The notes under the pieces: model-generated
What the model was told of the DNA's origin: nothing
Database searches by the model: none
Seen by the model: the letters and a program-made list of their open reading frames with translations, nothing else
Source of the DNA: an uncultured Actinomycetota bacterium
GTDB lineage: Bacteria > Actinomycetota > Acidimicrobiia > Acidimicrobiales > Bog-793
DNA: 64,000 bases
NCBI GenBank assembly: GCA_963769255.1
Contig: CAVYKV010000002.1
Coordinates: forward strand, 448,942-512,941
Direction of reading: 5' to 3'
Part shown: positions 60,974 to 64,000 of the stretch, piece by piece
Layout: each line of letters opens with the position of its first letter
Numbering within the stretch: position 1 is the stretch's first letter
Translations under genes and position numbers: made by a program

Positions 60974-63118
60974 TCACGTTGTCGCCCCCGCCAGGTCGTA
61001 GACCGTCGTTCCGCCCACCGTCTCGGCGCCGTAGTGACTCTCGACCCAGGCCGTGATGGCGCTGGCGTCGCTGCCCCCGTTGCCGCCCACCCCCGACACG
61101 ATGCCGCCAGAGATGAAGTAGTGAATCGTGTGCGTGCGCACGAGCTGCTCGAACTCGGCGAGGGTGGGCGCCGGGTCGGTGCCGTTGAAGCCGCCGATGG
61201 CCATGACGGGGTCGTCCGTCGCCAGCTGGTAGCCGGCGGCCGTGTTCGACCCGACGGCGGCTGCCACCCACTCGTAGGAGGAGGCGTCCTCCTCGAGGAG
61301 CTTCACGAGGGCGGCGGGGGGGTTGGAGCCGCCGAGGAGGGAGCCGACCCCGCCGGCGCCGGCCCGCCGCCCGGCGGGTGCGGTGTTGGCGCCGCCGCCT
61401 CCGGCACCGGACGGCCCAGGCGCGCCGCCCGTGGTCGCCGAAGGCCCGCCGGCGGGGGGAGCGCCCCCAGCCGAGCCCCGAGGGGCGCCGCCGCCGATGC
61501 CGGCGCCCTCGCCGGCCGACGGCTGACGGCCTCCTCCGGCGAGGGCGCCTCGCCCGCTCCCGAGGCCGGTTCGCGGACCGCCGCCCGGGCCGGACGACAC
61601 CGCCAGCGTCGGCCCGGCGCTCGGCAGGGACCCCGTAGAGGCCGTGGCGGCCGTATCGAGGGAGTAGGCGAGCGGGCCGGCGATACCGGCGAGGGCGGCC
61701 AGTGCGATGCCGGCCAGGGCGGCCCGCCTGGCGATCGCCCGGCCCGCCAGGAGCAGGGCCGCGCCCGCCCCGCCGGCGATCACGACCACGCAACGCAGCC
61801 ATGGCAGGAAGGAGGGGGAGCGGTCGAGCAGCACGAACGACCAGGCAGCACTCGACAGCACGGCCAGCGCCAGCACGGACCGCACCCAGAGGGCGCTCCG
61901 CAGCGGCCAGAGCACGGCGACGCTCATGGCGACGAGCGCACCGATGGCCGGTGCGAGGGCCACCGTGTAGTACGGGTGGATGATGCCCTTGGCGTAGCTG
62001 AAGACGAGCCCGGTGACGAGGAGCGTCCCGCCCCACAGGAGGAGGGCGGCCCGCCGGCGGTCGATGCGGTCCGTCCGCCCGATCGCCACGAGGGCGCCCG
62101 CACCGAGGAGGAGGGCGGCGGGGATCAGCCAGGAGATCTGCCCACCCATGGACGGCAGGAAGAGCCGGTCCCAGCCCGTCGGCCCCCAGACGGCGGCGCC
62201 ACCGGCGTTGCCCGTCACGCTACCCGTCTCCTTGCCGGCGATGCGGCCGAAGCCGTTGTAGCCGAAGATGAGATTGAAGACGTTGTTGTCCTGCGATCCG
62301 CCGATGAAAGGGCGGTCACGCGCCGGCACGAGCTCGACGACGGCGAGCCACCATCCCGACGAGACGACGAGCGCGACGCCGGAGGCAGCGAGCTGCCACA
62401 ACCGGCGTCGCAGACGGACCGGGGCCGCCAGCAGGTAGACGCCCGCGATCGCCGGCAGGACGAGAAAGGCCTGCAGGTACTTCGTCAAGAAACCCGTCCC
62501 CACCAACACCCCGACGGCGACCACCCATCGGGTCCGTCCGTTCTCGAGGGCGCGGACGGTGCAGTAGGCCGCCCCCGTCAAGAGCAGGACGAGGAGGGCA
62601 TCCGGATTGTTGTAGCGGAACATCAGCGTCGCCGCCGGCGTGATCGCCAACAGGGCGCCGGCAACGAGTCCCGCCCGGGCGCCGAAACAGCGCCGCACGG
62701 CGCCGTAGAGGAGGGCGACAGAGGCCACACCTTCGAGCGCCTGCGGCACGAGAACGGTCCAGGAGCTGAGCCCGAAGAGGCGGGCGGCGATCTCCATGGG
62801 CCAGAGCGAGAGGGGAGGCTTGTCGACCGTGATGAAGTTGGAGGCGTCGGAGGAGCCGAAGAAGAAGGCTTTCCAGCTCTTCGTCCCGGCCTGCACGGCC
62901 GCCGAATAGAAGGTGTTCGCCCAGCCGGATCGGTCGAGGGCGACGAGGTAGAGCAGGGCCGTGCCGACGAGCAGGGTACCGAGCTGCAGGCGCCGCCGCG
63001 TGGCGGCGGAGACGCCAGAGCGCCTCCCCGTGGCGGGGAGGCGATCGGCGGGGAGGTCCCCGGCGCCGGTGTCGGGAGTGCCGCTCTGCGCTACGGGCGC
63101 CGGCGGGGCAGTGATCAT
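60974..63118 (-). CDS. GT39/ArnT-like membrane glycosyltransferase
   Basis: SWKAFFFGS.D...TVDKPP, NNPDA, GFLTK.LQ, HPYY, MAIGGFNGTDP. Confidence 0.92.
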   Translation of the reverse strand: MITAPPAPVAQSGTPDTGAGDLPADRLPATGRRSGVSAATRRRLQLGTLLVGTALLYLVALDRSGWANTFYSAAVQAGTKSWKAFFFGSSDASNFITVDKPPLSLWPMEIAARLFGLSSWTVLVPQALEGVASVALLYGAVRRCFGARAGLVAGALLAITPAATLMFRYNNPDALLVLLLTGAAYCTVRALENGRTRWVVAVGVLVGTGFLTKYLQAFLVLPAIAGVYLLAAPVRLRRRLWQLAASGVALVVSSGWWLAVVELVPARDRPFIGGSQDNNVFNLIFGYNGFGRIAGKETGSVTGNAGGAAVWGPTGWDRLFLPSMGGQISWLIPAALLLGAGALVAIGRTDRIDRRRAALLLWGGTLLVTGLVFSYAKGIIHPYYTVALAPAIGALVAMSVAVLWPLRSALWVRSVLALAVLSSAAWSFVLLDRSPSFLPWLRCVVVIAGGAGAALLLAGRAIARRAALAGIALAALAGIAGPLAYSLDTAATASTGSLPSAGPTLAVSSGPGGGPRTGLGSGRGALAGGGRQPSAGEGAGIGGGAPRGSAGGAPPAGGPSATTGGAPGPSGAGGGGANTAPAGRRAGAGGVGSLLGGSNPPAALVKLLEEDASSYEWVAAAVGSNTAAGYQLATDDPVMAIGGFNGTDPAPTLAEFEQLVRTHTIHYFISGGIVSGVGGNGGSDASAITAWVESHYGAETVGGTTVYDLAGATT

Positions 63119-63297
63119 CGGTCGGATGCCGTCCTTTCCTTCGCCGCCGTCGGCGGCGTGCTGGATCGGACGTCATCGTGCGAGTGCGCCCTCAGAGCCG
63201 GCTGTGAAGCCTCTCCGATGACTCGCTGACCGTTGTCACTGCCACTGTCACCGGCACCGGTACCGAGGCCCGGGGCGGCCGGCCCGGCGTGGCCGGC

Positions 63298-64000
63298 TCA
63301 GACCTCGAGGTCGTCTTCCTCGTCGAGGTCCGCCTCGTCATTCTCCCCGCTGTCGGTGGCGCCCGCCCCGAAACCGTAGGTGGAGGGACCGTGCTCCCGG
63401 GACCCGGGCCCACCCCAACCACCAAAGGGGCCACCGCCGGCACCGGCGCCGAAGATCCAGCCCGGCAACCCGAAACCGCGCCCGAACCCAGGGCGCCCTT
63501 GACCCCAGGTGCGGCCGATGTCCTCTCCGGAGGGTGCGTCCGGCACGATGGCCTGCACCCGGCTGCGCAGCTCGGCGAGGAGCGCCACCACCTGGGCGCG
63601 CTGCTCGTCGGTGCCGTTCGTGGCGGCGTAGACGATGGAGATGACGATGTCCCGGATGGCACCGGCGAACTCGAGCGGCATGCCGCCCCGCCCATGCCCC
63701 GATGCCTCCCAGGGGCGGTGGCCGGCGTCGGAGCGTGCGCTCGACGCCTCCGCCCTGCCGGCATCGGTCATCTCGAAGAGGCGCTTGCCGTCGGGCGACT
63801 GCCGGCTCGTCACCAGCCCTTCGTCCTCCAGCATCTGCAAGGTCGGGTAGATCGACCCCGGGCTCGGCGTCCAGGCGCCCCCCGACCGGCGGGACAGCTC
63901 CTGGATCATCTGGTAGCCGTGCATCGGCTGCTCCGAGAGGAGGGCGAGGATGGCCGCCCTCACGTTGCCGCGGCGGGCTCTGCGCCCCCCGCCGTGACGA
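63298..64000 (-). CDS. PadR-family regulator (5' end outside window)
   Basis: RRGNVRAAILALL.E.PMHGYQ...PSPGSIYPTL. Confidence 0.92.
   Translation of the reverse strand, partial: RHGGGRRARRGNVRAAILALLSEQPMHGYQMIQELSRRSGGAWTPSPGSIYPTLQMLEDEGLVTSRQSPDGKRLFEMTDAGRAEASSARSDAGHRPWEASGHGRGGMPLEFAGAIRDIVISIVYAATNGTDEQRAQVVALLAELRSRVQAIVPDAPSGEDIGRTWGQGRPGFGRGFGLPGWIFGAGAGGGPFGGWGGPGSREHGPSTYGFGAGATDSGENDEADLDEEDDLEV

Noticed and set aside
63234-63263. Degenerate hexamer tandem (TGTCAC TGCCAC TGTCAC CGGCAC CGGTAC)
   Set aside because: Short low-complexity intergenic repeat with no supporting context

Overview
Very GC-rich actinobacterial DNA, probably Acidimicrobiia, judged from leaderless TANNNT promoters, a LexA box of the GAAC-N4-GTTC type and GYWLVxSDGxVxxFG C-terminal repeats. 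It is mostly chromosomal backbone (tadA-tRNA-Ser, pyrE, ask-asd, proS, a MoxR/DUF58/SpoIIM/RDD cluster, GH15-glucose dehydrogenase) mixed with secreted and surface proteins (S53 and G1 peptidases, a 13x IPT/TIG protein, a ~1900-aa Ig-repeat protein, a beta-helix protein, a PQQ-like propeller). Main highlights: (1) a divergent cassette of an intact ClpP facing an XRE regulator coupled to a ClpP pseudoprotease lacking all three catalytic residues, with a palindromic operator between them; (2) a 1.3-kb integrase-less islet at tRNA-Ser(CGA), bounded by 24-bp direct repeats and encoding an antitoxin-like gene plus a nucleotidyltransferase with a C-terminal Zn-finger-like domain; (3) a leaderless 3-codon uORF (MLL) whose stop region pairs with the SD of an ABC-F gene, a likely translational attenuator; (4) an SOS-boxed DUF222/HNH gene; (5) a probable CTG start codon. 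Three single extra-G frameshifts, one in asd, look like sequencing errors. All family calls are from motif recognition by eye; no searches were run.
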